NCBI GenBank assembly: GCA_017617235.1
Contig: JAFZWQ010000042.1
Span: forward strand, 18,401-82,400
DNA: 64,000 bases
Direction of reading: 5' to 3'
Origin: Bacteroidaceae bacterium
GTDB taxonomy: Bacteria; Bacteroidota; Bacteroidia; Bacteroidales; Bacteroidaceae
Shown: positions 42,366-52,493 of the stretch, in pieces
Layout of the letters: each line of letters starts with the position of its first letter
Numbering within the stretch: position 1 is the stretch's first letter
The notes under the pieces: model-generated
Databases searched by the model: none
What the model saw: the letters and a program-made list of their open reading frames with translations, nothing else
Told to the model about the DNA's origin: nothing
Made by a program: the position numbers and the translations under genes

Positions 42366-45056
42366 TTATTTCTTGAACTGCCACCAGTCGAGACGTACAT
42401 CACCCTTTGCCTGCTCGATGCAGAGGTAGAGGTCGTGTGTGCCCGTGGCAGCATTCTTGGCTATAGACGTATTAAATAAGGTATAGGTGTCGATGGAAAC
42501 CGTCGGAGCAATGTTAACCGTACCCAGCAGCGGACCACCCGGTTCGTCGAGATGGAGGCTGATGGTAGCCGATGCACCTTCCGCTGCTGCAGCCGAGAGG
42601 TTGAACGTGCGAGGCGACTTCTTGCCGAAATCCACGGCACGCAGGCGAATGTATTCCCCTGCATCCAGGTTGTAGACATACAGGTTGTTCCATTCTGCAG
42701 CCTTTTCCGTACGCAGACCATAGCCCCATGCCATCGTCTCTGCCTCGACACGACGATAGGGATTCAGCGTTCCTACGGGAGCCAATTCCTTCAGGTCGAG
42801 CCAGTAAGGCACTTCCTGGATGGTGCCGTCTGCGTTGTAGGTCATCTCTGCCACACTCACCGAACGGCGCTCGAAGTGTTCACGGGTCTCGAAATGCAGC
42901 AGGTCGTAGTCCTGACCGAACAGATAGCTCTTACCCTTAAAGTCCATAATACCGGGATGGTTGCCTCTGTCGCGTGGGGTGGGAGCCATCAGGTAACCCT
43001 TGCATTTCCAAGGTCCCGTAGGAGCATCGGCCATTGCATAGCCAATGCCTTCGGGGCAACAGGTAGAGGCATAGGCCAGATACCAGTGATTGTTGCGTTC
43101 ATAGAGCCAGGGGCCTTCCTGGTAATGGTCGATGTGATAGTCGAGTTTCGTTATCTCGCCCTGTGTGGAAATCATATCCTCATTCAGACGAACATAATAG
43201 GTATGGGGATTTCCCCAGTACATCCAAGCCTGGCCGTCCTTGTCGATAAACACGGTGGGATCGATATCGTCCCAATGTTCGCGTTGCCAAACCAGGGGCT
43301 TGCCCAGAGGGTCTTTGAATGGTCCGTAGGGAGAATCGGCTACCAACACGCCGATGCCGTGTCCGTGGAGCGGACAATAAAGGTAGTATTTGCCGTTACG
43401 CTTGACACACTGGACGGCCCAGGCTCCGTTGTCGCGACTGCGCCAGGCAAAGTCGTCGAGGGAGGCAATGGGACCATGGTCGGTCCAGTTCACCATGTCG
43501 GTAGAGGTGTAAAGCAACCAGTTGTACATGAAGAAGCCAGCCGACTGGCGCTCCCGTGCATCCTTGATTTCGTCGGGGTGCGAGTCGTGGCTGACATACA
43601 GGTACACCGTGTCGCCAACAACCAATGGGGCAGGGTCGGCGGTATAGTGGGTTTGCAGCATAGGAAGGTTCACTTCCTTACACTCGTCCAGTTGCCAGTT
43701 GTCGAGGTTAAAGAGCTTTGGCCCCTTGCGTCCGTGGAACGAGAGGTACAGGTCGTGGACACCCGTTACGATGCGAGGCAGGAAGGTTTCGAACGTGCGC
43801 CATTCCTCCCAGCCGCCAGTGCCGTTGATTTCGACAGAGCCCAGGCACAGTCCGTGCAGACTGTCGGCATGTAATTCGATACGTCCACCACGCAGGGCCG
43901 ATGCGGCACGAACCGTGAAGCGGCGTGCGCCGTAAGTTCCGAAGTCAACGGACTGCAACTTCAGCCAGTCGCCATTGTGGATGTCGCAGACATAGACACC
44001 AGTCTTGTTATTCTGCGTGGTATGGAGACCCTGCGAGTAGGCCATCGTCTCTGCCTCGACACGACGATAGGGGTTGAAGTTCGCAATGGGCTTGACACCC
44101 TCACGAGTGGGTTTGATGGTGGGGAATTTCTGCTCTTCGGTGTATTGGAACTCCTCGACTGCCGTGCTGCGACCAAAGCCGCCACCGCCAGGCAGGTGAC
44201 CGGTGTGGTAGAAGAAATAGCTGTGGCCCTTGAAATCGGCTACACCACAGTGGTTGGTGAAGGAATCCGTGCCACCTAGGGGCATAACGATGCCCTCGTA
44301 GTGCCAGGGACCCAATGGATTGTCAGCCGAAGAATAGGAGATGTGCTCGGGCACGCCACCAGCGGCATAAAGCAACATCCATCGGCCTCCCCGCTGCATC
44401 AGCCAGGGACCCTCGACATAGGAATCGCGGTATTGTTTGCCCTTTTCGCGCAGTCTCATCAATGGGGAACCAAAAGCCTCTTCGGTCATATCGATGAGAT
44501 GAACATCGCCCTTGGCGTGTATCATGTCCTCCTGCAGTTCCAGGGCATAGACGCGCGGGTTTCCCCACATGAGCCATGCCTGGCCCGTCTGCTGGTCTAT
44601 CCAAACGGTGGGGTCTATGTGGTCCCACGAACCGTTCTCATAGAGGGGACGTCCCAATGCATCGCGATAGGGACCTTCGGGGCGGTCGGCTACGGCAACA
44701 CCGATTGCCATGCCACCCGACAATTTGGAGTGTACGCAGATGTACCAATAGAATTTGCCGTTACGTTCGATACATTGGGCGGCCCAGGCACGGTCGTCGG
44801 CCCACGAGAAACTTTCGATTGCCAGGGGCGAGCCCAGGTCTGTCCAGTTCACCATATCGCGGGTGGAGTAAATGCGCCATTCCTGCATCCAGAAGAAATC
44901 GGCTTTGTCTTCGTCGTGGCCTGTAAAGACATACAATACGGAATCGCCCACGTTTAGCGGAGCGGGGTCTGTGGTGAAGCATGTCTGCACGATGGGGTTT
45001 TGAGCCCGGGCTACTGAGGCAACGAGCACCAGTAGCAGAAAAGTCATTTTTTTCAT
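42366..45056 (-). CDS. Tandem GH43-CBM6 / GH43-CBM6 glycoside hydrolase (arabinofuranosidase/xylosidase class)
   Basis: 896 aa with a signal peptide. Two GH43 cores (FTTDPAPLNVGDSVLYVFTGHDED and YTADPAPLVVGDTVYLYVSHDSHPDE), each followed by a CBM6-like module starting NPYRRVEAETMA. Confidence 0.9.
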   Translation of the reverse strand: MKKMTFLLLVLVASVARAQNPIVQTCFTTDPAPLNVGDSVLYVFTGHDEDKADFFWMQEWRIYSTRDMVNWTDLGSPLAIESFSWADDRAWAAQCIERNGKFYWYICVHSKLSGGMAIGVAVADRPEGPYRDALGRPLYENGSWDHIDPTVWIDQQTGQAWLMWGNPRVYALELQEDMIHAKGDVHLIDMTEEAFGSPLMRLREKGKQYRDSYVEGPWLMQRGGRWMLLYAAGGVPEHISYSSADNPLGPWHYEGIVMPLGGTDSFTNHCGVADFKGHSYFFYHTGHLPGGGGFGRSTAVEEFQYTEEQKFPTIKPTREGVKPIANFNPYRRVEAETMAYSQGLHTTQNNKTGVYVCDIHNGDWLKLQSVDFGTYGARRFTVRAASALRGGRIELHADSLHGLCLGSVEINGTGGWEEWRTFETFLPRIVTGVHDLYLSFHGRKGPKLFNLDNWQLDECKEVNLPMLQTHYTADPAPLVVGDTVYLYVSHDSHPDEIKDARERQSAGFFMYNWLLYTSTDMVNWTDHGPIASLDDFAWRSRDNGAWAVQCVKRNGKYYLYCPLHGHGIGVLVADSPYGPFKDPLGKPLVWQREHWDDIDPTVFIDKDGQAWMYWGNPHTYYVRLNEDMISTQGEITKLDYHIDHYQEGPWLYERNNHWYLAYASTCCPEGIGYAMADAPTGPWKCKGYLMAPTPRDRGNHPGIMDFKGKSYLFGQDYDLLHFETREHFERRSVSVAEMTYNADGTIQEVPYWLDLKELAPVGTLNPYRRVEAETMAWGYGLRTEKAAEWNNLYVYNLDAGEYIRLRAVDFGKKSPRTFNLSAAAAEGASATISLHLDEPGGPLLGTVNIAPTVSIDTYTLFNTSIAKNAATGTHDLYLCIEQAKGDVRLDWWQFKK

Positions 45057-45057
45057 A

Positions 45058-48000
45058 TCAACTTTCGTTGGAGGGTTGTTGTATATAATCGCGGGGTGCT
45101 ATTCCAAAGTGTTTACGGAATACGGTGGAGAAGTAACCGAGATTCGAGAATCCCACGGTATAGGCTACTTGTGTGATGTTCAGCTTCTGTTCGCGCAGAA
45201 GGCGGGCGGCCTGTTCCAGACGGATATTGCGGATAAATTCGGTGATGGGCAGGCCGGTCATCTCCTTCATCTTACGGTGCAGGTGGGCACGACTGATACC
45301 CGCCTCGGCACAGAGTTGGTCGACGCTGAAATCGCTGTCGGCCAAGTGCTTGTTGATACTTTCCATAATGCGGTCCATGAGCAACTCGTCGTTACCTCGC
45401 TGCTCGGGGATTTCGGCTCGTTCCACGCCTGCCTGCTGTGCACCGGAGAATTTTCCATGGAGCAACTGGCGTTGTGCCAGCAGGTTGTGCAGGGTAGCAG
45501 CAACCTCGGCTGTGGTAAATGGTTTGGCCAGATAGGCATCGGCACCACGGTCCAGTCCTTCCAGACGGCTGGCAATGTCGGTCTTGGATGTGAGCATAAC
45601 CACGGGCAGATGTGCCACACGGGGATTCGTCTTGATGAGTCGGAGTAGGGTGAATCCATCCATCTCAGGCATCATAACATCGGAGATTACTGCCGAAATG
45701 CTGCCTTCCGGAGCAGTAAGTAATGTCTGCAGCGCTTCGCGTCCGTTGGCTGCGGTGATGCAGCGATAGTGACTGGAGAGTTCGCGTGCGACATAGGCCG
45801 ACAACTCCGTGTCGTCGTCGACAATCAGAATGGTATTTCCTTCGGCCTTTGTCACATTGGGCGCAACTGCGGGCTGTTCCTCCGTCTTGTATGGCTTCAG
45901 TTCAGAGTTTACGGGCAGATTCACAATGAAGCGGCAACCGCTCTGCCCGTCGGTGCGATTTTGTACGGTGATGTTTCCTCCGTGCATTTCCAATATCATG
46001 CGACAAAGGTGCAGACCAATGCCTGTACCGGGCTTGGAGCCACTTTGGTTACTTTGGTAGAAACGGTCAAAGATGTGGGGAATTGCGGCAGGTGCTACGC
46101 CGGGGCCGGTGTCAGTAACCGTGAACTGTATGTTGCTGTCCTGTGTTGTCAGTTCAACCGTTATCTCTCCGCCATCGGGAGTGAACTTAAAGGCATTGGA
46201 CAGCAGATTCGCCAGCACCTTTTCGATTTGCTGTGGGTCGGCCGTTGCATGGATGGGGCCATCGGGATGCAGGAAGCGCAGTGTGATGTTGTGCTCACGG
46301 GCTGCGAAGTCATGCATGTGGCAGATGGCACCAAACAGAGCGGTGAAATCCACATCGACAGGATGAAGCTTCATCTGTTGTTTGTCGATTTTGCGGATAT
46401 CGAGAATCTGGTTCACCAGGTCCAGGATGCGCTGTGCATTGCGATGGATGATATCGAGTTCGGCACGGCTGGTATCGTCGCTGGCATGGGAACGTAGTTT
46501 CTCGAGCGGAGAAAGGATGAGAGTCAGCGGCGAACGGATGTCGTGGGTGGCATTGATAAGGAACTGCATCTTGTCCTCGTCCAGCTGCCGGCGCATGCGT
46601 TGACGATAGCCGAGGGTGGCGTATACCAACAGAACAATGAGCAATAGCGTATAAAGGAGGTAGGCAAAGTTTGAGCGCCACCAAGGGGGATGAATCTCTA
46701 CAATGTAGTTTTCGACCTCGGTGTAGGAACCTGCCTGCAGGGCACGAACTTGTAGTTTGTATCGTCCCGGTGCCATGTGGCTGAATGAGATGGTATTCTG
46801 TCCGCGTTCCGTAGCTTGCCAATGCGATTCACCATCGATGCGGTATTCAAAGATGATATCGGAAGCATCCACAAAGTCGAGCAGGGAGAACTCTAACTGG
46901 AAACTGGCATCGACGTAGCTGAGGTGGAAATGATGACAGGTGTTCAGGGGCGAGTTCATAACTTGCAAACCGTTGCTCCGTGTGTCGGCATTGGCACGTT
47001 GGCCAGAAATGGTCATACCTGTCAGATGGACCTTGGCTGTGGTCGGATGGCTGATACGCAAACTGTCGGGTAGAAAACTGGTAATGCCTTCGGCTGTGCC
47101 AAGTAAGATTCTGCCATCGGCAGTTTGCAGTCCGGAACCCAATACAAATTCTCTGGCTTGAAGTCCGTTAGAACTTACAAATGCCACCAAGCGTTTTTGC
47201 TTGGGTTGCCAATGCCAAATTCCATTATTGGTGCTGAACCAGAGTTCTTCCTTGGCATCCTCGGCGATGTAGTTGATGGTTAGTCCGTTCAGGTCTTCTG
47301 TCCCAGATTCCGGAATCAGTTGTTTTTCGGTGGTCCAGCGTTGCAGACCTTTCTCTGTTGCCAGCAGCACGTCCCCGTTCTTCAAGATACGCAGTGCCGT
47401 ACATGCTTCGCGTTCGGCCAGTACGTTCCATCCATTCTTCCTGAAAGAACGTGATGAAGGGTCGTAACAGCAAATACCTGAAGATGTGCCAATCCAAAGT
47501 TTTCCACTTCGGTCGGTATCGAGGGAGTAGATCCAGTCGTTGGCAAGTCTGCCGCGTCCCACGGTGTCGGTATCGTACATGGTGAGTTTTCGGACAAGTT
47601 TGCCTTGCGACTTGTTGATGATGTATAGACCTGCACCAAATACCGAAATGGCCAGGTTGTCGTTGTTGAGGTCGGCTATGGCGTTGACACGGTCGCCTTG
47701 AATCTGTGTGACAAGGTCGGCCTGTCCCGATTCGGGATAGTATCGCCAAAGGGCATCGGTGGTTCCTAACCAGTATTGACTGTCGCGGTCACGGAAGAGC
47801 ATCTCGACTCCTTGGGGGGATTGGGGATGGGCTGTGATGCGCCCCTCATGATTGAACCCGTATATGCCGTCGCCTTGTACTGTACACCAAATGGTAGAGT
47901 CTTTTCCCATGGCTATGGATGAGACGTATGTCCCAGTCTCGTGCCTTTGGGTGGCGAAATCCCATGTTTGGAACAGGGGGCGCCGATGAAGGGGGACCAT

Positions 48001-48936
48001 GAGCAGACCCTTTTGGTGACAGCCAATCCACAGATTGCCTTGCTGGTCGACGAAAATGGATTCGATGCGGGCGTGGTTTAGGTCGAAGGCGTTGACCATA
48101 AGTTGGAAACGCTGAGCTTCCTGTTTGCCTTTGGGAATCCAGTAAAGTCCATTACCGCGCGTTCCTATATAAAGGTTGCCTTGGCTGTCAGTGGCACTGC
48201 ACGTATAATATAAAGAGGTACTCGGAGCAGGATATGGAGTTACGCCGCGTTTGGCATCTATTTGTATTAATCCATGTTGACACAAGGCATATGTCTTTCC
48301 TGCCAATTCAAAGAAACTGACGACATTGCCACATTGGGAGGAAAATGCCGAAGCTTGTCCCTTTTTCTGACGGCACACGATTCTGTCGTTGACCCCATTG
48401 GCCCAGAAACATCCGTCGGCCGACTGGAATATGCGGTTGAAGTAGCTGCTCTCGCCTTGTGGGACATAGTCGAAAAGGATGTTGGCCTGCATGGATTCAG
48501 TATCAATCTTGTATAGGCCATATCCCGATGTGCCAGCCAACAGCGTCCCGTCGGATAATTGGAGAAGTGAGCTGACACGTGGCAGATTTCCGCCAGGGAA
48601 CTGGACTTCCGTAAATCGACTCGTAGCCCTGTCGAAGAGTACCAGTCCCCGAGCTGTTCCCACCCACAGGCGCTGTTCTTTGTCTGAGAGTAGAGAGGTG
48701 ACAATCGTTGAATGGTTATCTTCCTCGTTCGTCAGCGAGGTGCGATAGATGAACTTGTATCCATCGAACCTGTTGAGCCCATGTTCTGTTCCTATCCAGA
48801 TAAGTCCGTTGGCATCTTGTTCGATGTCGGTTATCAGGGAACTTGACAATTGGTCGGCGGCATAGAATTGGTAATTCTGTGCCGCACTGACCAAAGATGT
48901 CAATAATGCTAGGAACAGCAGGGCGATTCTGTGCAT
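45058..48936 (-). CDS. Hybrid two-component system sensor kinase / response regulator with an AraC-type DNA-binding domain (HTCS)
   Basis: 1292 aa. Signal peptide, long periplasmic propeller-like repeat region and a TM segment. H-box INATHDIRSPLT. ATPase GTGIGLHL. Receiver ILIVDDD...SDVMMPEMDG. C-terminal AraC helix-turn-helix. Confidence 0.95.
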   Translation of the reverse strand: MHRIALLFLALLTSLVSAAQNYQFYAADQLSSSLITDIEQDANGLIWIGTEHGLNRFDGYKFIYRTSLTNEEDNHSTIVTSLLSDKEQRLWVGTARGLVLFDRATSRFTEVQFPGGNLPRVSSLLQLSDGTLLAGTSGYGLYKIDTESMQANILFDYVPQGESSYFNRIFQSADGCFWANGVNDRIVCRQKKGQASAFSSQCGNVVSFFELAGKTYALCQHGLIQIDAKRGVTPYPAPSTSLYYTCSATDSQGNLYIGTRGNGLYWIPKGKQEAQRFQLMVNAFDLNHARIESIFVDQQGNLWIGCHQKGLLMVPLHRRPLFQTWDFATQRHETGTYVSSIAMGKDSTIWCTVQGDGIYGFNHEGRITAHPQSPQGVEMLFRDRDSQYWLGTTDALWRYYPESGQADLVTQIQGDRVNAIADLNNDNLAISVFGAGLYIINKSQGKLVRKLTMYDTDTVGRGRLANDWIYSLDTDRSGKLWIGTSSGICCYDPSSRSFRKNGWNVLAEREACTALRILKNGDVLLATEKGLQRWTTEKQLIPESGTEDLNGLTINYIAEDAKEELWFSTNNGIWHWQPKQKRLVAFVSSNGLQAREFVLGSGLQTADGRILLGTAEGITSFLPDSLRISHPTTAKVHLTGMTISGQRANADTRSNGLQVMNSPLNTCHHFHLSYVDASFQLEFSLLDFVDASDIIFEYRIDGESHWQATERGQNTISFSHMAPGRYKLQVRALQAGSYTEVENYIVEIHPPWWRSNFAYLLYTLLLIVLLVYATLGYRQRMRRQLDEDKMQFLINATHDIRSPLTLILSPLEKLRSHASDDTSRAELDIIHRNAQRILDLVNQILDIRKIDKQQMKLHPVDVDFTALFGAICHMHDFAAREHNITLRFLHPDGPIHATADPQQIEKVLANLLSNAFKFTPDGGEITVELTTQDSNIQFTVTDTGPGVAPAAIPHIFDRFYQSNQSGSKPGTGIGLHLCRMILEMHGGNITVQNRTDGQSGCRFIVNLPVNSELKPYKTEEQPAVAPNVTKAEGNTILIVDDDTELSAYVARELSSHYRCITAANGREALQTLLTAPEGSISAVISDVMMPEMDGFTLLRLIKTNPRVAHLPVVMLTSKTDIASRLEGLDRGADAYLAKPFTTAEVAATLHNLLAQRQLLHGKFSGAQQAGVERAEIPEQRGNDELLMDRIMESINKHLADSDFSVDQLCAEAGISRAHLHRKMKEMTGLPITEFIRNIRLEQAARLLREQKLNITQVAYTVGFSNLGYFSTVFRKHFGIAPRDYIQQPSNES

Positions 48937-48947
48937 ATTGTGTTAGG

Positions 48948-51900
48948 TTAGCGTAGAATCTTCTTGCTTCTGAATTGTCCGTTACTCAGTTGCTGGCGTA
49001 CAATGGTGATGCCACGTTGCGGTGCACTCAGTGCGCGTCCGTCTGTCGTAAAGTACTCGGTAGCGATGACTGCAGCCTTATCCTCATCAGCAATCTTTAC
49101 AGCAGCCTCGTTGGAAACAATTGCCTTAATATTCTTGGTACGTTTCGTTCCGAATTCATCGATAAAGGTAAAGATAATTCTTGTCTCACCCTCCGAGATA
49201 CCATAAACCATTCCGTTTTCATACTTGGCAATATTGTTATTGTTGCTCTTTACGGTAAGGTTGATATGGTTGGATATTTCACGACGATAGCCCGATTTGC
49301 CGGTAGCGTATACATGTACTTCCATACTCTCTCCGGGACGGACCTCAACTTCACTGGGCTCAATAGTAAGACTGGCAATCTTCAGGTCGTCATCGGAAAG
49401 CATACTGGTCTCCATTGCCTGAAGAGCCTCCTTGGTGTAGAATTTTTCCTCGGTAAAGTCGGCTTCTGTAGAGAACCAGTCGATATCCACATATCCTCCA
49501 TTCTTCTTGGTCGCGTAGTTGAAGAGATAGAAGCGCTGACCAACGAAGATTTTCAAGGTATAGCGCATATTGAGCTCTTTTCCAAATTTAGTCCAACTCT
49601 TGTTGTCGAAACTGTAATAGAACTTTGCTACGTTGGTGCCGTAATTTACAATGGTACGCAGGTATATAGTGTCGCTATCGATGATATCGCCTAATTCTTC
49701 CTCCATTTGGTGTGATACATCCTGGCCTAACGACCAGTCGTACTCGGTGTAATCACAGCGGCAAGAGTAGAGACGGCGCACACCATCGTCCTGACGGACG
49801 GCAATAAAGGCATAGGGGTCTTGGAAGACAGCCAAACCGGCAACGTCTCCGTCTTGCATGTTGCCGACAACCATCTTGATGGTGCCATAGCTGTTGTCCA
49901 CTTTGCTGGCAGCGGTATTGGCTCCATTGAAACCTAAAATGCGTTGGGTAAGGGAGTTGCGGGCCTGCATTAGGTCATTGGTAATGCCTGTTGTGTTCAG
50001 ACGTAACCAACCGTCATTCTTGCTCCATGCATTATTGTCGGGATTGTGGTTCCATTGCCATTGTTTATCCAGAGCGTTTCCTACAAATGGGTCGTTGGTG
50101 GGTAAGTAAGTCTTGGGCCATCCCATACCTACGTCGGGTTTGGCATACCCAGTTCCGCTTTCAGATACGTCACGGCCCTTTTTACCAAGGACAGGCCAGC
50201 CGTCCTCCCAAGTTACAGGTTCCAGATATGGTATGCGGCCGATGGCTCCGGCATCCTTGAACAGAACGGTCCACCATTCTCCGGTCTGGGTCTCGACAAG
50301 AGCACCCTGATGTATCTTCTGGTCTTTGAAGACACGGTCTGCAGACTCTTCATAGGGTCCCATGGGATTTTTTGAACGGAAGATGGTCTGTGAGCCTTCG
50401 GTACCACCATAGGTGGCATAAATGTAGTAGTAGTCTCCGATGTGGTACATGTGGCTGCCCTCGCAACCATTACCAACCGAGATGACTTTGGTGCTTGAAA
50501 TCTTCTTAAATGTCTCAGGATCGAGCTTGTTGACATAGATATCACCAATACCACATGCTACATAAAGACTTCCGTCACCGTTAGGCCCGTCGTCGAAAAG
50601 CCATCCTGGATCATGATATGCCTCGCTCAATCGGGTATCTTGCCATGCACTTTCTGGGTCTGTAGCCGTGAGGAGAATACTTTGTGAATCATACGACCAT
50701 GTTGAACATGGGAAATAGATGTAGAATTTTCCGTTGTGATAGTTCAGGCTTCCAGCCCACATTCCCTGTGAATAGTGGTTCTTGCCGTTCTTTAGGTTGT
50801 AGTCGTCGTTGTCGAGGATTTGTTTTAAGGGATTGGCGCAATACTCCCAGTTCACCAGGTCTTTCGACTTCATAAGGGTCGCACCTGGCATGTGGAACAT
50901 GGTTGTACTCAGGAAGTAGTAGGTGTCGTTAACTCGGATTACATCGCAGTCTGGTGCATCGGCATTGACGATGGGATTCAGGTATTTCCCGTTTCCTTGG
51001 TCAGCGCTCCATTGATATTTGAAATCGGGTCGGGGCTGTTTTTCCTTGGCCCATTCTGCATACCAGTCGAAACATGCTTTTCCACAGGCTTCGGGTTCAC
51101 CACCAAAGGCAGGAACTACAGTCTTGAAGTTGGAATTCGCATAGGTGTCCCAATCAAAATAGCAATGTGAACCGGAAAGGGTCATGGATATGTTTCCGTA
51201 GTAGTCGTGCAGTGCCTTGTAGGCTTCACCCCACTTGGAGGTGCTTCCCGTCGACCATGTACCGTAGTTGCTGGTTACCCATTCACCGTGTTCGTTATAA
51301 TGACCAGAACCTTCCTTTTCAGGACTCCAGTCAATCTCGGTAATGGCTATAGGATTGGTATCCACCACAGGAACTTGGTTGTGGAATTGCTTGATATAGG
51401 CATCGTGGTCGTAATGGTTGTCGCTACAGCCATACCAACCGGTATAGTCGTGTACAGCATAGCCGATGTTGTAGCCCGTGATGGGATATTTTGCATAGTC
51501 GGCATAGCTGGCTTGCCATCCTGTACCAGGCACCCAAATGATACCTGTGAATCCGTTGGCGCGGATTTTATCAACGATGGGTTGGAAATAGTCGTGCAGG
51601 GCTTTGGGATTGTCGTTGCCGTTGGCGTCTTTTAAACTTACGGGTTCGTTAGCCAATTCTATACTCAGCCAGCCGGCACTCTTGCGTACGTTGGCATTTT
51701 GGGTCACAATGTCCCATACTTTTATCAAGTATTCTTGATAATAATCGCCTACTCTCAGGCTTCCAGGGCATACGCCTGGTGGGCGCATAATGACATACAT
51801 ACCTCGTTTCTGAGCTTTTTCGGCAATTTTGTAATATAACGAAGACAGGTATTTCTTCAGACGTGTTGAACTGAAGTGCGAAATATCAGCTTCGCCGCCC

Positions 51901-52286
51901 ACCTCTTGCCCCAGCGGGTCATAGGTCTTGTCATTTTTCCGTGTGAAACCCGCAGCCGTGATGCTGTTATCGTTGGTCCAGCAGGGATCCAGATGAAGGC
52001 GGAATAGGTTACAGTAGGCACCCTGTGCGGTGTCTGTCGCAGCCTTGAAAATACGGTCAAAATAGGTGATACATGCGGATACGGTGTTGTCATCGCAGCT
52101 GCCACCCCAACGGTAGTTGTTGAAGTAGGGGCTAGGCGTATCCATGAAACCATGCAACACAACGGTGTTACCATGTGGGTCCTTAAGTTGATTCCCCTCT
52201 ACATGTAGTGGAGATACAGTGCCGAATTGTGCCCATGCGGTGCATGTCAGACACAACGTAGCTAACAGAGTTAAGATCTTTTTCAT
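48948..52286 (-). CDS. Multidomain GH5 - GH43 - beta-sandwich - Big_2 protein with a probable T9SS C-terminal sorting domain
   Basis: GH5 part has LSIELANEPV (acid/base NEP). GH43 part has NPIVNADAPDCDVIRVNDTYYFLSTT, GCEGSHMYHIGDYYYIYATYGG and IHQGALVETQTGEWW. Ig-like segment LTIEPSEVEVRPGES.... C-terminus ...YFTTDGRALSAPQRGITIVRQQLSNGQFRSKKILR. Start reset to MKKILTLLATL (52286), because a TATCTTTG box lies at 52321-52328. Confidence 0.85.
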   Translation of the reverse strand: MKKILTLLATLCLTCTAWAQFGTVSPLHVEGNQLKDPHGNTVVLHGFMDTPSPYFNNYRWGGSCDDNTVSACITYFDRIFKAATDTAQGAYCNLFRLHLDPCWTNDNSITAAGFTRKNDKTYDPLGQEVGGEADISHFSSTRLKKYLSSLYYKIAEKAQKRGMYVIMRPPGVCPGSLRVGDYYQEYLIKVWDIVTQNANVRKSAGWLSIELANEPVSLKDANGNDNPKALHDYFQPIVDKIRANGFTGIIWVPGTGWQASYADYAKYPITGYNIGYAVHDYTGWYGCSDNHYDHDAYIKQFHNQVPVVDTNPIAITEIDWSPEKEGSGHYNEHGEWVTSNYGTWSTGSTSKWGEAYKALHDYYGNISMTLSGSHCYFDWDTYANSNFKTVVPAFGGEPEACGKACFDWYAEWAKEKQPRPDFKYQWSADQGNGKYLNPIVNADAPDCDVIRVNDTYYFLSTTMFHMPGATLMKSKDLVNWEYCANPLKQILDNDDYNLKNGKNHYSQGMWAGSLNYHNGKFYIYFPCSTWSYDSQSILLTATDPESAWQDTRLSEAYHDPGWLFDDGPNGDGSLYVACGIGDIYVNKLDPETFKKISSTKVISVGNGCEGSHMYHIGDYYYIYATYGGTEGSQTIFRSKNPMGPYEESADRVFKDQKIHQGALVETQTGEWWTVLFKDAGAIGRIPYLEPVTWEDGWPVLGKKGRDVSESGTGYAKPDVGMGWPKTYLPTNDPFVGNALDKQWQWNHNPDNNAWSKNDGWLRLNTTGITNDLMQARNSLTQRILGFNGANTAASKVDNSYGTIKMVVGNMQDGDVAGLAVFQDPYAFIAVRQDDGVRRLYSCRCDYTEYDWSLGQDVSHQMEEELGDIIDSDTIYLRTIVNYGTNVAKFYYSFDNKSWTKFGKELNMRYTLKIFVGQRFYLFNYATKKNGGYVDIDWFSTEADFTEEKFYTKEALQAMETSMLSDDDLKIASLTIEPSEVEVRPGESMEVHVYATGKSGYRREISNHINLTVKSNNNNIAKYENGMVYGISEGETRIIFTFIDEFGTKRTKNIKAIVSNEAAVKIADEDKAAVIATEYFTTDGRALSAPQRGITIVRQQLSNGQFRSKKILR

Positions 52287-52320
52287 GTTGTTTTTTGTTA
52301 GTTTTGACTCTTTCACGTTA

Positions 52321-52328
52321 CAAAGATA
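52321..52328 (-). promoter_or_regulatory. -7 box (TATCTTTG) of the GH5-GH43/HTCS/GH43/GH27 operon promoter
   Basis: Exact TAnnTTTG on the minus strand, 34 nt upstream of the ATG at 52286. No clean -33 TTTG at the proper spacing. Confidence 0.5.
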
Positions 52329-52402
52329 CGCGTATATATGCAAATAAGTATCATGAGATGTCACTTTTTCTTATAAATTTATCTCATCAAGTGGAAAATG
52401 CA

Positions 52403-52440
52403 TGAAAAAAGAGCCATCTATGCTCACGCACGGATGGCTC
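52403..52440 (-). terminator. Intrinsic terminator of the GPH transporter gene
   Basis: The minus strand reads GAGCCATC-(14-nt loop)-GATGGCTC (52440-52411), followed by TTTTTT (52410-52405). Confidence 0.75.
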
Positions 52441-52493
52441 GGATAATACTAACTAATATGTGATGAAAAGAAACTTATGTGTCGATGAAATGG

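Noticed and set aside
42552-43874. 440-aa plus-strand ORF inside the GH43 gene. Similar cases occur at 17325-18131 (GH51), 19441-20196 and 20224-21006 (glmM/nagA), 29986-30909 and 31621-32379 (gene A), 37082-37981 and 38216-38932 (DUF4954-like), and 45769-46497 (HTCS).
   Set aside because: All are antisense to genes with clear family motifs and have no independent signals. They are treated as non-coding shadows.
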